The translations under genes were made by a program, and so were the position numbers. Of a stretch of 64,000 nucleotides of DNA, positions 18,422 to 27,004 are shown in pieces. The notes beneath the pieces were generated by a model, which had not been told where the DNA came from, made no database searches, and was given only the letters and a program-made list of their open reading frames with translations. This stretch comes from a virus: IMG/VR virus record IMGVR_UViG_3300009068_004979; one strand, given 5' to 3'. Each line of letters begins with the position of its first letter. The stretch's first letter is position 1.

Positions 18422-18586
18422 TTATTTATCAAATGAATGTTCGTTGAATGTCTTGGTATTGGCATCTGCAGCACTCTGCATGGTGGGTGCATCTGGGTAC
18501 TTGGTCTCATGTGGTGCAGATTCATGCACAGGAGAACAACTGGTCAACATGACGCTTGCAAATACAACTGCAATAGTTCTCATCAT
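18422..18586 (-). CDS. Small lipoprotein
   Basis: Signal peptide with lipobox MLTS-C. Confidence 0.55.
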   Translation of the reverse strand: MMRTIAVVFASVMLTSCSPVHESAPHETKYPDAPTMQSAADANTKTFNEHSFDK

Positions 18587-18587
18587 G

Positions 18588-19007
18588 TTATTTGACCAGG
18601 TCTTTGGCCTTGTCCCAGATAGAATCTGGTTCTTTGCCATCTTTGCGCCAGCTGTTGAGAATGGCGTAATACACCAAGTGCTGTTGATCCATGATGTACA
18701 GTTTGTTGTTTAATTTGTCAGTGTACTCTGTGATGCCTGCATTCTCATTCAAATCTACACCTTTGAAGCTCTTGAAGCGTATCTTGTACGCTTTGATGAG
18801 GGTGTTATAACGCAGCAAACCAAATGCAGTAACAAGACCCCGGCCATCATCAGTAAAGCCAATGAAGCCAGAGTTTTGTATATCATATCCATTGGGTGTT
18901 GAGGCATCATAAGAAGCTATTTCATCAGTCACTTTGTTGGGTGTGACAGTGGTGCATGCACATAGTATCAAACTACTCAGAAAGAATATCACGAATTTTT
19001 TTAGCAT
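18588..19007 (-). CDS. Lipoprotein, candidate o-spanin
   Basis: Lipobox LCA-C; overlaps the 3' end of the upstream membrane protein gene. Confidence 0.55.
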   Translation of the reverse strand: MLKKFVIFFLSSLILCACTTVTPNKVTDEIASYDASTPNGYDIQNSGFIGFTDDGRGLVTAFGLLRYNTLIKAYKIRFKSFKGVDLNENAGITEYTDKLNNKLYIMDQQHLVYYAILNSWRKDGKEPDSIWDKAKDLVK

Positions 19008-19173
19008 CTTTATCCTTTATGGCTTGTTCCACTTCATTTTCAAAGTCAATTTCTTTTTGTTGCAGCTGACGGTCTTTCATTTCTTTGGTATTTTTGGCAC
19101 CAAACACATTGTTGATAGCACCAAATATTCCAGAGATGGCACCCAGCAATGCTTCTAAAATTCCAGTGGGCAT
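18973..19173 (-). CDS. Small membrane-anchored coiled-coil protein, candidate i-spanin
   Basis: N-terminal hydrophobic helix followed by a charged helix; lies in the lysis cassette. Confidence 0.5.
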   Translation of the reverse strand: MPTGILEALLGAISGIFGAINNVFGAKNTKEMKDRQLQQKEIDFENEVEQAIKDKDAKKIRDILSE

Positions 19174-19619
19174 TAGTTTACGTAAGACTCTGTGGCGTCT
19201 TTGCAACCTTTGGCAATGGCATTCAGAACATCCACTGCAAGCTTGGCATTGCCACCCACTTTATTGAATTGAGTGGCATACAGGTCTTTGATGGCTACCA
19301 CATACTTGGCCCAGTGAGTTTTCTCCACAGGCAGATAATCTGACAGAGCTTTTTGCAATTGATCTGGTGTGGGTGCAGCACCACGTGTCAATCCTTCCAC
19401 TATGGTGGCCACATTGTTAATCATTCTGGCTTTGTCAGCTCTGTCACTGCTTGAAACTGCTTGATCCAATACCACTGTGCATGTGAGTGTGACTGCTGGT
19501 GCAATGTAAGGCAATGCATTCTCCACAGCCTGTGCTGGGTCATTATTAGAATTGCCACCAGTGGTAGCACAACCAGCCACAAGCAAGGGAATGAGAATAA
19601 AAGGTAATAGATGTTTCAT
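19173..19619 (-). CDS. Lipoprotein
   Basis: Lipobox VAG-C; TAAGTA-N5-ATG upstream. Confidence 0.65.
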   Translation of the reverse strand: MKHLLPFILIPLLVAGCATTGGNSNNDPAQAVENALPYIAPAVTLTCTVVLDQAVSSSDRADKARMINNVATIVEGLTRGAAPTPDQLQKALSDYLPVEKTHWAKYVVAIKDLYATQFNKVGGNAKLAVDVLNAIAKGCKDATESYVN

Positions 19620-19623
19620 GTAA

Positions 19624-19896
19624 TTACTTAGGCCCTTGCACTATGAAATCCAACTGCGCCAGTTCCTTTTTCTGCATGGCTGCATCAATGCGAGCTCGGC
19701 CAACAGACTGATCCAAGAATGCTCTCCAAGCAATCATACCTTGCAGTAAGAAATTGACACCTATTAATGTAGCTTTGACAGGATTAATTTCGGAAAAAGA
19801 CTTGAAGTCGCCCATGTCAGACATGAGCGTAGTTAATGATGCAATGCCTATGTATAATAGGGCTTTTACAGTGACACAATTGCGTTGCTTGAACAT
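19624..19896 (-). CDS. Putative holin (two TM helices)
   Basis: Real start MFKQRN follows TAAGTA-N5; two hydrophobic segments; heads the lysis cassette. Confidence 0.5.
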   Translation of the reverse strand: MFKQRNCVTVKALLYIGIASLTTLMSDMGDFKSFSEINPVKATLIGVNFLLQGMIAWRAFLDQSVGRARIDAAMQKKELAQLDFIVQGPK

Positions 19897-19927
19897 ATAA
19901 TTACTTAGTCTGCATAACTGAGTGATT

Positions 19928-20000
19928 TGGAGGATACCGGGATCGAACCGGTCACCTATAGCTTGCAAAGCTACCGCTCTACCAAATGAGCTAATCCCCC
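19928..20000 (-). tRNA. trnA: tRNA-Ala(UGC)
   Basis: Cloverleaf, G3:U70, anticodon loop TTTGCAA. Confidence 0.95.
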
Positions 20001-20005
20001 ATAAA

Positions 20006-20082
20006 TGGTGCTCAGGGAGGGATTCGAACCCACACTGTAATGCTCCTAAGGCATTCGTCTCCTGCCGTTGGACTACCTGAGC
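20006..20082 (-). tRNA. trnL: tRNA-Leu(UAG), short variable loop, CCA encoded
   Basis: AATGC-CTTAGGA-GCATT; ends GAGCACCA. Confidence 0.9.
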
Positions 20083-20087
20083 AAATG

Positions 20088-20173
20088 TGGGTAGAGATGG
20101 ATTCGAACCAACTAGGCCTGTTAAGACGATGGATTTACAGTCCATTGCGACCCTCCAACTTCGCCGTCTACCC
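20088..20173 (-). tRNA. trnY: tRNA-Tyr(GUA)
   Basis: ATGGA-CTGTAAA-TCCAT; long variable arm. Confidence 0.92.
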
Positions 20174-20175
20174 AA

Positions 20176-20253
20176 TGCTGGTGAACAACCTGACGCACTT
20201 CTCTCTTCAGTTGTTCCAAAGGACAAGGAAAGTGCTAAAACGTCCACCCAGCA
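20176..20253 (-). ncRNA. Putative structured ncRNA (78-nt imperfect hairpin) inside the tRNA operon
   Basis: UGCUGG(G)UGGAC/GUUCACCAGCA outer stem and GCACUU/AAGUGC inner stem. G:U pairs favour the - strand. Confidence 0.5.
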
Positions 20254-20261
20254 AAACAACA

Positions 20262-20335
20262 TCGGGGTGACAGGAGTTGAACCTGCGACAGCCGCGTCCC
20301 AAACGCGGTACTCTACCAAGCTGAGCTACACCCCG
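20262..20335 (-). tRNA. trnP: tRNA-Pro(UGG)
   Basis: CCGCG-TTTGGGA-CGCGG. Confidence 0.95.
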
Positions 20336-20358
20336 ACGAAAAAACTGTTAAAGAACTG

Positions 20359-20430
20359 CTGCTCGAGCTGGACTCGAACCAGCAACATTTCGATTAACAG
20401 TCGAATGCACTACCATTGTGCTATCGAGCA
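20359..20430 (-). tRNA. trnN: tRNA-Asn(GUU)
   Basis: TTCGA-CTGTTAA-TCGAA. Confidence 0.95.
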
Positions 20431-20510
20431 ATCACTATATATTATATGTTATTTTCATATTAACCAGCTATTTTAGTAGATTTTAAAAACGCACTGCATA
20501 TATTTTATAT

Positions 20511-20729
20511 ATGGGAGCTGCTAAAGTATCATCAAAACCGGGTCACAAAAATTGTATTCATCGTTTTCGCTATCTGGGTGACAAGCGAGTCACACCAGTG
20601 CAACAAGGCAATCGCATGATTGGCTATGTGGACGGTCAAGCTGTTTGTGATGCCAATGGACGTGAATTGAACTTCAAACAAATTGGTGAGCTCAGGACGC
20701 CACCAGAAGAACTCAAGACCAAGAAATGA
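20511..20729 (+). CDS. Hypothetical protein
   Basis: 72-aa ORF antisense to the tRNA cluster with its own promoter-like AT element. Confidence 0.6.
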   Translation: MGAAKVSSKPGHKNCIHRFRYLGDKRVTPVQQGNRMIGYVDGQAVCDANGRELNFKQIGELRTPPEELKTKK

Positions 20730-20821
20730 TCTGGGTTGACGCTCTGGGCTTATTATTTGTTTGCTCTCTGGCCTTTGTTGTTAATCTATCAATAAAAAAT
20801 GGCGGACAAGGTAGGATTTGA
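20726..20821 (+). CDS. Putative 31-aa single-TM peptide (absent from ORF track)
   Basis: MIWVDALGLLFVCSLAFVVNLSIKNGGQGRI; ATGA overlap with the upstream ORF. Confidence 0.35.
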   Translation: MIWVDALGLLFVCSLAFVVNLSIKNGGQGRI

Positions 20822-20888
20822 ACCCACGGAGGCTTTTAACCTCTCCCGATTTCAAGTCGGGTGCTTTAAACCACTCAGCCACTTGTCC
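20800..20888 (-). tRNA. trnS: tRNA-Ser(UGA), CCA encoded
   Basis: CCCGA-CTTGAAA-TCGGG; long variable arm. Confidence 0.95.
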
Positions 20889-20891
20889 CGC

Positions 20892-20962
20892 TGCGGTATG
20901 ACAGAATCGAACTGTCACTCGATGCTTGGCAAGCACCAGTTCTGCCACTAAACTAATACCGC
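20892..20962 (-). tRNA. trnG: tRNA-Gly(GCC)
   Basis: Anticodon loop TTGCCAA; GCGGTAT/ATACCGC acceptor stem. Confidence 0.9.
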
Positions 20963-20968
20963 AAAATG

Positions 20969-21042
20969 TAGTCCCGAGGGGACTCGAACCCCTACTTCTC
21001 GCAGTGAAAGTGCGATGTGTTAACCAGTTACACCACGGGACC
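20969..21042 (-). tRNA. trnE: tRNA-Glu(UUC)
   Basis: TCGCA-CTTTCAC-TGCGA. Confidence 0.93.
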
Positions 21043-21102
21043 AAAGAGAAAATGTATCAATGAACACAGGTATTTTACTGTATTTTAAAGGGATGGCAAT
21101 TG

Positions 21103-21330
21103 TTACTGACCAGCAGCAGTTAGCGGTGATGTGCCAGTGGTGCGGAATGCCCACTGGTCATATATGAAGTAAGCTGTAAGAACAGGTGTGCCTGAAGTGG
21201 TAGTATCATTGTACTCATACTGTACTGTGGTAGTAGCAGGGTATAGAGTACTGTTTAATGCAGTTAGGTTTACAAAAGACTGCATGATGCGAGTCTGCAA
21301 AGAATCTACTTTTGTTACAGTTACGGCCAT
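21103..21330 (-). CDS. Small Thr-rich late (probably virion) protein
   Basis: TAAATA-N5-ATG upstream; three LTA motifs. Confidence 0.6.
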   Translation of the reverse strand: MAVTVTKVDSLQTRIMQSFVNLTALNSTLYPATTTVQYEYNDTTTSGTPVLTAYFIYDQWAFRTTGTSPLTAAGQ

Positions 21331-21338
21331 GTAATTAT

Positions 21339-21944
21339 TTATTGTTCTGCACCATTAATTAAGAAGTAATTCCAATCTTTAATTTTATGTTCATTCTTAA
21401 TAAGAAATGAAGCCGGTAAAGCCTTGGGCTCTGCAGGTTTTTTAAGTAGTTTCAAGCCAGCTTGTTCTACAGACATGTCGCTTTTGCGGCAATTCACATC
21501 AATGTGTGATATGACCACATTGTCCCACCGGTGCTTGCCACCTTTGGACTTGGGCACCACATGATCAATGCTGGCTGTCTTATAAGACAGTTTCTGACCA
21601 GTATACTGACAAATGCCATGGTCTCTCTCAAATATGGATTGTTTGGTTAACTGTTTGCGTTTCACAGGAATTTTGTTGTACCGTTCACAGATAACCACAG
21701 TAGGAATGCGTATTTTGAAACTGGTAGTGTGTACTGAGAAGTGTTCACGCAGCACAGGCAATTTAACCCATTTGTCCCAGGTCAATGGCTCAAAGCTTTG
21801 TGGTTCATCATCTGCATATTCAATGTTGATGGCACGCACAGTGCCTTTGTACAGGTTGATCAACGCATTCATGCCTGTGTCAATGAAGAATGGTTGCCAG
21901 TTTTTGTTGAGCTTCAGTACGCAATGTGTCTCTAGATATTTCAT
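21339..21944 (-). CDS. HNH endonuclease (McrA-like)
   Basis: ERD...CQYTG...SIDHVVPKSKGG...W.N......N..K. Confidence 0.9.
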   Translation of the reverse strand: MKYLETHCVLKLNKNWQPFFIDTGMNALINLYKGTVRAINIEYADDEPQSFEPLTWDKWVKLPVLREHFSVHTTSFKIRIPTVVICERYNKIPVKRKQLTKQSIFERDHGICQYTGQKLSYKTASIDHVVPKSKGGKHRWDNVVISHIDVNCRKSDMSVEQAGLKLLKKPAEPKALPASFLIKNEHKIKDWNYFLINGAEQ

Positions 21945-21952
21945 TTTTCATG

Positions 21953-22025
21953 AGCCGGAGGTCGGGATCGAACCGACGACCTGCGGTTTACAAAACCGCT
22001 GCAACTACCGCTGTGCTACTCCGGC
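21953..22025 (-). tRNA. trnT: tRNA-Thr(UGU)
   Basis: GCGGT-TTTGTAA-ACCGC. Confidence 0.95.
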
Positions 22026-22109
22026 TAATCTTTATTAATTATGGCTGGAAACAAAAAAAGTATCAAGAAAAAAGTAATAACTTTTTTTTATTAATCCGCA
22101 AAAACAATA

Positions 22110-22412
22110 CTATGCGTATAGCTTGGCTTTGCTGGTCTTTTTAAAATTGAGCTTTAGAGTTACAGGTGTAACAGGCAAACCGCGGTCAAATGATCTTACA
22201 AAATTTGTACCGTCTTTAGGTAATGTACTTTGATACATTACTGTTTTTCTATTTTGCTTTAACTCCACAAACGCGCGATCTGCTAAAACACTTACTCTTG
22301 TTGCTATGCCGTTTAATTGTTTTCTGAGGGCATTTGCTATGGGACAATGGGCAGGCTGTCCAGCTTCTCCGCGGTTAATGTTAGCTCTTGTGACTCTAAC
22401 ATTCATGTTCAT
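22110..22412 (-). CDS. Hypothetical phage protein (CPIAxAL motif)
   Basis: Start MNMNVR follows TAAATA-N5. Confidence 0.6.
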   Translation of the reverse strand: MNMNVRVTRANINRGEAGQPAHCPIANALRKQLNGIATRVSVLADRAFVELKQNRKTVMYQSTLPKDGTNFVRSFDRGLPVTPVTLKLNFKKTSKAKLYA

Positions 22413-22568
22413 AAAATTATTTAGTCGCAATGACAACAGTTTCTCTATGAAAAATTTTTTCGAGTATTTATACAGCTCATGGCGTTTTTTTCTGTTTAGA
22501 AAACTATTTTGAATAACTTGCAACCTCTTGTTGAACTTGAGCATAAATTATAGTATTATCGTAAGATA

Positions 22569-24826
22569 ATGAATATGAAAGTACGCAAAAGAAATGGTGA
22601 TCTGGAAGGCTTTAATATAGAGAAGATCAACAAAATAATTAGCTGGGCCACGGAAGGCATAGCTGACGTGAGTCTTTCTGAAGTTGAAATCAATGCCAAG
22701 CTAAATATCAAAGAAAATATTACAACCAAAGAAATACATCAAGTACTCATTGAATCTGCTGCTAACTTAATTTCTCTGGAAAAACCTAATTATCAGTATG
22801 TAGCAAGTCGACTATTGAATTATCAATTGCGCAAAGATGTGTGGGGTGGCAAACATGCCCCGCGGTTACTGGATGTAATACAAAATGGTGTCAAGGCAAA
22901 AATCTATGATCCTATTATTCTTGAAAAATATACAGAAGATGAAATCAATAAGCTTGGTGAGTTTATTGATCATGAGAGAGACTTTCTTTTCACATACGCC
23001 GGTATCAAGCAATTGTGTGACAAATATCTTATTAAGAATCGGGTAACAGATGTTATTTACGAGACACCTCAATTTGCATATGTGCTCATTGCTGCATATG
23101 CATTCATCAATTACTCTCGAGATACAAGACAAGACTACGTGAGACGATTTTATAATGCTGTGTCCAAGCATAAAATTAATTTACCCACTCCCATCATGGC
23201 TGGTGTGCGTACTAATTCCAAAAGCTATGCCAGCTGCTGCTTGATTGGCGTAGATGATAACAAAGAAAGCATCACAGGAAGTGGTACAGCTATCAGTATT
23301 GCTACTGCCAGTCGCTGTGGTATTGGCATTGACATGAGCAGAATTCGTGGCATTGGTGCTCCAGTGCGCGGAGGTGAAGTGGTTCATACTGGGGTTATTC
23401 CGTTTCTTAAGATCTATGAAGCCAGTGTTAAAGCATGGCAACAAAACGGTTTGCGCGGTGGATCAGCCACTACCAATGTGCAGTGGTGGCATTATGAGAT
23501 TGAAGACATTGTGGTTCTTAAAAATAATGCTGGTACAGATGACAATCGTGTTCGCAAGCTGGATTATACCGTGGGCATGTCCAAGATGTTTTATGATCGT
23601 GTCATTAAGAATGAAGATGTGACACTATTCAGTCCACATGAAGTGCCTCATCTATTTGAAGCTTGGGGCACGCCCAAGTTTAATAAAGTTTATGAAGAGT
23701 GCGAAGAAGATCGCAAGATCAAGATGAAGAAGCGTATTTCTGCACGCAAGTTGTTTAGTTTAATTGTAAAAGAGCGAGTAGAAACAGGCAGAATATATTT
23801 TCTCAATGTGGATACAGCAAATGAACATGGTGCATGGCTGGATAAAGTGACCATGAGAACTTGTGCACAGAAGTGATCCACCCAACTATTCCGCTCAAGG
23901 ACTTCAATGATCCTGATGCTGAAATTGGCATGTGCATTTTATCTGCTATCAACATGCTTGAGATACACAATTGGAAAGAGCTTGAAAAGACTTGTGATCT
24001 TGTTGTGCGCTTTTTAGATGAGATCATTGATGTTCAAGATTATTTCAATACTGCAGCTCGCAATTTTGCTACCAAGCGCAGAAGTTTAGGCATAGGCATT
24101 ACCAATCTTGCTGCATTTTTTGCTAAGAATGAAGTGAGTTACAACTCCAAAGAAGCTCTGGTACTCTTGGATGAATGGATGGAACATTTTCAATATTACT
24201 TGCTACAATCTAGTAACAATCTGGCCAAAGAGAAAGGTGCTTGTGAAAAATTTAAGCATACCAAATATTCCAAGGGCATCCTTCCCATTGATACATACAA
24301 AGACAAAGTTGATGAATTAGTAAAGCGTAAATTGTCTTTGGATTGGAACGCTCTCCGTGAGCAAATTAAACAATATGGATTGCGCCATTCAACTCTTTCC
24401 AGCTGCATGCCATGTGAAAGCTCCAGTGTAATTCAGTGCAGTACAAATGGTGTTGAGCCTGTGCGTAGTTTAATCACTTACAAGACCAGTAAAATGGGCA
24501 AATTGCCTGTACTTGTGCCAGGCGTTGGTAAGTATGAAGACAAGTATGATCTTGCTTTTGAATTCAAAGATAACACAGGCATTATCAATGTAAATGCTGT
24601 TATTCAAAAATATATTGACATGGCCATCAGTACCAACATATATTATAACTACGCACATTACCCAAATAACATTCTTCCTGATGCTAAAGTCATGAAAGAG
24701 ATCATGTATGCATATAGCACCGGTTTAATCAGCTTATACTACAATAATACTGATGACGGTGATAAAGAACAATCTCAAACAGCAAGTAAACAAGACGATT
24801 GCAGTAGCGGGGCTTGTAAGCTATAA
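22569..24826 (+). CDS. nrdA: Ribonucleotide reductase class Ia alpha subunit, split by a 1-nt frameshift at 23856-23858 (ORFs 22569..23876 and 23861..24826)
   Basis: ATP-cone VRKRNG, LPTPIMAG, ASCCL, [S]NLCTE, SLYY and C-terminal CSSGAC. One extra base restores a 752-aa protein. Confidence 0.92.
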
Positions 24827-24837
24827 TAAATACTTTC

Positions 24838-25902
24838 ATGAAAAGTGTCTTAAATCTTAAGAATATTGATTATACCAAGCAGCCTATGTTCTTAGGTGAA
24901 GATTTAAACTTGCAACGTTATGATAGGTTCAAGCATCCTGTATTCTTTGAGTTGTTTAAAAAGCAAGAAGAATTCTTCTGGTGGCCACATGAAATAAGCT
25001 TGCAGAAAGATCGTAATGATTATAAAGAGCTTTCCAGTGAAGAGCGATTTGTGTTTGATACTAACTTGAAGTTCCAGACTCTGGGCGATAGCATGTTGTC
25101 CCGTTCCATTCATTCTCTCAAAGATTATGTGAGCAATCCAGAATTAGAAATCTGCATGAACACATGGCAACGCTTTGAAGGTATTCATAGCTACAGTTAC
25201 AGTTATCTTTTGAATAATGTGCACCCAGATGCATCCAAGTTCTTTGATAGCATCATGGAAGACGAAGAGATTGTCTCACGTGCAAAATTAATCCGCAGCA
25301 ACTACGATAAGATTCTAGGACAAGACGACAAAAAGGATATTAAAGAAAAGATTTTCGACTGTGTACTGGCAGTTAACGTCATGGAAGGGCTAGTGTTCTA
25401 TGTGAGCTTTGCATGCTCGTTTTATTTTGGTTACAGAGGCAAGATGGAAGGCAATGCCAAAATTATTAAGTTTATTCAGCGTGATGAATCTCAACACTTT
25501 GCTATTACACAGAATTTATTAAAGATTTTGCGTGATGATGATCGAGAAGGCTTCACGGGTATTGCCAAGCGTAGCGAGGATAAAGTGTATGCTATATATG
25601 AGCAAGCTACTAAGAATGAAATTGAATGGGCAGAATATCTGTTTAGCAAAGGTAGCTTGTTAGGTCTTAATGCTGATGTGCTAGGTGGTTACAGTAAATG
25701 GCTTTGCGATAATCGTTTGCGAAGCTTAGGGTACAAGAAGCTTTTTAATCAGAAACAGAATCCCATTTCAGGTTGGTTGGATAGTTATTTAGATAGTAGC
25801 AAGGTGCAAGTGGCTCCACAAGAAACTGAGATCAGTGCTTATAAGATTGGTGCCCGTGACACCAGCATATCTGATGACACATTCGAAAATATTAAACTGT
25901 AA
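24838..25902 (+). CDS. nrdB: Ribonucleotide reductase class Ia beta subunit
   Basis: FFWWPHE, QTLGDS, EGIHSYSY, EGLVFYVSFA, RDESQH, VQVAPQETEISAY. Confidence 0.95.
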   Translation: MKSVLNLKNIDYTKQPMFLGEDLNLQRYDRFKHPVFFELFKKQEEFFWWPHEISLQKDRNDYKELSSEERFVFDTNLKFQTLGDSMLSRSIHSLKDYVSNPELEICMNTWQRFEGIHSYSYSYLLNNVHPDASKFFDSIMEDEEIVSRAKLIRSNYDKILGQDDKKDIKEKIFDCVLAVNVMEGLVFYVSFACSFYFGYRGKMEGNAKIIKFIQRDESQHFAITQNLLKILRDDDREGFTGIAKRSEDKVYAIYEQATKNEIEWAEYLFSKGSLLGLNADVLGGYSKWLCDNRLRSLGYKKLFNQKQNPISGWLDSYLDSSKVQVAPQETEISAYKIGARDTSISDDTFENIKL

Positions 25903-25973
25903 CTGCCTCGCTAGGACTCGAACCTAGAAAAACGGCTTCAGAGACCGTTGTGTTACCATTACACCACAAGGCA
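25903..25973 (-). tRNA. trnQ: tRNA-Gln(CUG)
   Basis: ACGGT-CTCTGAA-GCCGT; CTAGG-TTCGAGT-CCTAG T-arm. Confidence 0.92.
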
Positions 25974-25982
25974 AAAAAATAC

Positions 25983-26630
25983 TTATATGTGGTGCAGTTT
26001 AAATCGACCGCTGCAATTAATAGTCACATAACTACATTCATCTTCACAAAAGCTTCCGGTGTTGATAAATTTATCTTTAATTTTACCTGCATGTGAATGT
26101 CCACAAATAATATAATCGCAGTGTTTTAATTCGCAATATTTTACAGCATTCTTCTCATATTTGTCTGAATCTAAACTCTTGAAAAGTTTTTTTCTTATAA
26201 ATTTTGCCACTGCTGGAAAATGCAGACGCAGATAGTAATAAGCTTCTGAGCATATTTCAGTAACAAAAGAAAGCTTTGAAATATACATGTCGAATATGTC
26301 ACCATGAATAAACAAGAATTTTTTATCATTTATTATATCTATATATTCTTCACATGTTTTGAAGCCTAGCAAGCAGCCCATGAATTCAAAATTTAAAAAA
26401 CAATGATTGCCAGTGAGATAAATTACTTCACTTTTTTTACTGAGTTTTCTCAATTTGGAGAGCACTTGCCAATGTTCTTTTTTAAGACGTTTGAGATGCT
26501 TGCTTTCAAATAGATCTCCTACAATGACGATTTTTTTTGCTTCAACCTCAGAAAGCACTTGTAAAATTTTATTTGGATATGAATCTTTGCAACCCAGGTG
26601 CAAATCGCTTATGGCGAGCACTTCATACAT
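25983..26630 (-). CDS. Calcineurin-like metallophosphoesterase, LpxH-like
   Basis: SDLHLG, GDLFE, GNH, HGD, GHSH, NTGSF. Confidence 0.8.
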   Translation of the reverse strand: MYEVLAISDLHLGCKDSYPNKILQVLSEVEAKKIVIVGDLFESKHLKRLKKEHWQVLSKLRKLSKKSEVIYLTGNHCFLNFEFMGCLLGFKTCEEYIDIINDKKFLFIHGDIFDMYISKLSFVTEICSEAYYYLRLHFPAVAKFIRKKLFKSLDSDKYEKNAVKYCELKHCDYIICGHSHAGKIKDKFINTGSFCEDECSYVTINCSGRFKLHHI

Positions 26631-26639
26631 ATAAAAAAG

Positions 26640-26999
26640 TTACTGCAGTGTCAGCAAATACTTTAAACGATTCAATTCACCAAGCATGGTGTCGCGGATA
26701 TTAAGAAGATCTGTATCTTTATGTGCATCAAGTTCATTGCTCATTTCATGCAAGTAGGCAATAGAGTCATTTATATAAGCCAGGTAATTATCAGTTAAGT
26801 TCTCCAATTCGATATTATAGGTCAATTTGGCTCGCGCGCGACCATACTTGCCCATGTACACTTCAACAAATTCATCAATGTGACTATTTAGATTTTCATA
26901 TGCTTTACCAAAAGCTTTATGCTGAGCATAGCTTGTGGTTTGCCAATGATAGATGCGTAGCTGATTCTGAATTTTGAGTAATGGGGTGATGACCTTCAT
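26640..26999 (-). CDS. Ferritin/Dps-like four-helix protein (DUF5856-like)
   Basis: HWQT.SYAQHKA...IDEFVE...YLLTL. Confidence 0.75.
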   Translation of the reverse strand: MKVITPLLKIQNQLRIYHWQTTSYAQHKAFGKAYENLNSHIDEFVEVYMGKYGRARAKLTYNIELENLTDNYLAYINDSIAYLHEMSNELDAHKDTDLLNIRDTMLGELNRLKYLLTLQ

Positions 27000-27004
27000 T
27001 TATA

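Noticed and set aside
20176-20253. SRP (4.5S) RNA or degenerate tRNA identity for the hairpin
   Set aside because: Lacks the SRP GGAA tetraloop with its conserved internal loop, and lacks T-loop and anticodon arms; kept only as an unknown ncRNA.
19897-21044. ORFs 20040..20270, 20087..20476, 20781..21044 and the 5' extension of 19624..20319
   Set aside because: They overlap tRNA genes and are shadow ORFs.
22569-25902. Intron or intein in nrdA/nrdB
   Set aside because: Joined lengths (752 and 354 aa) match uninterrupted class Ia subunits; there is no inserted sequence.
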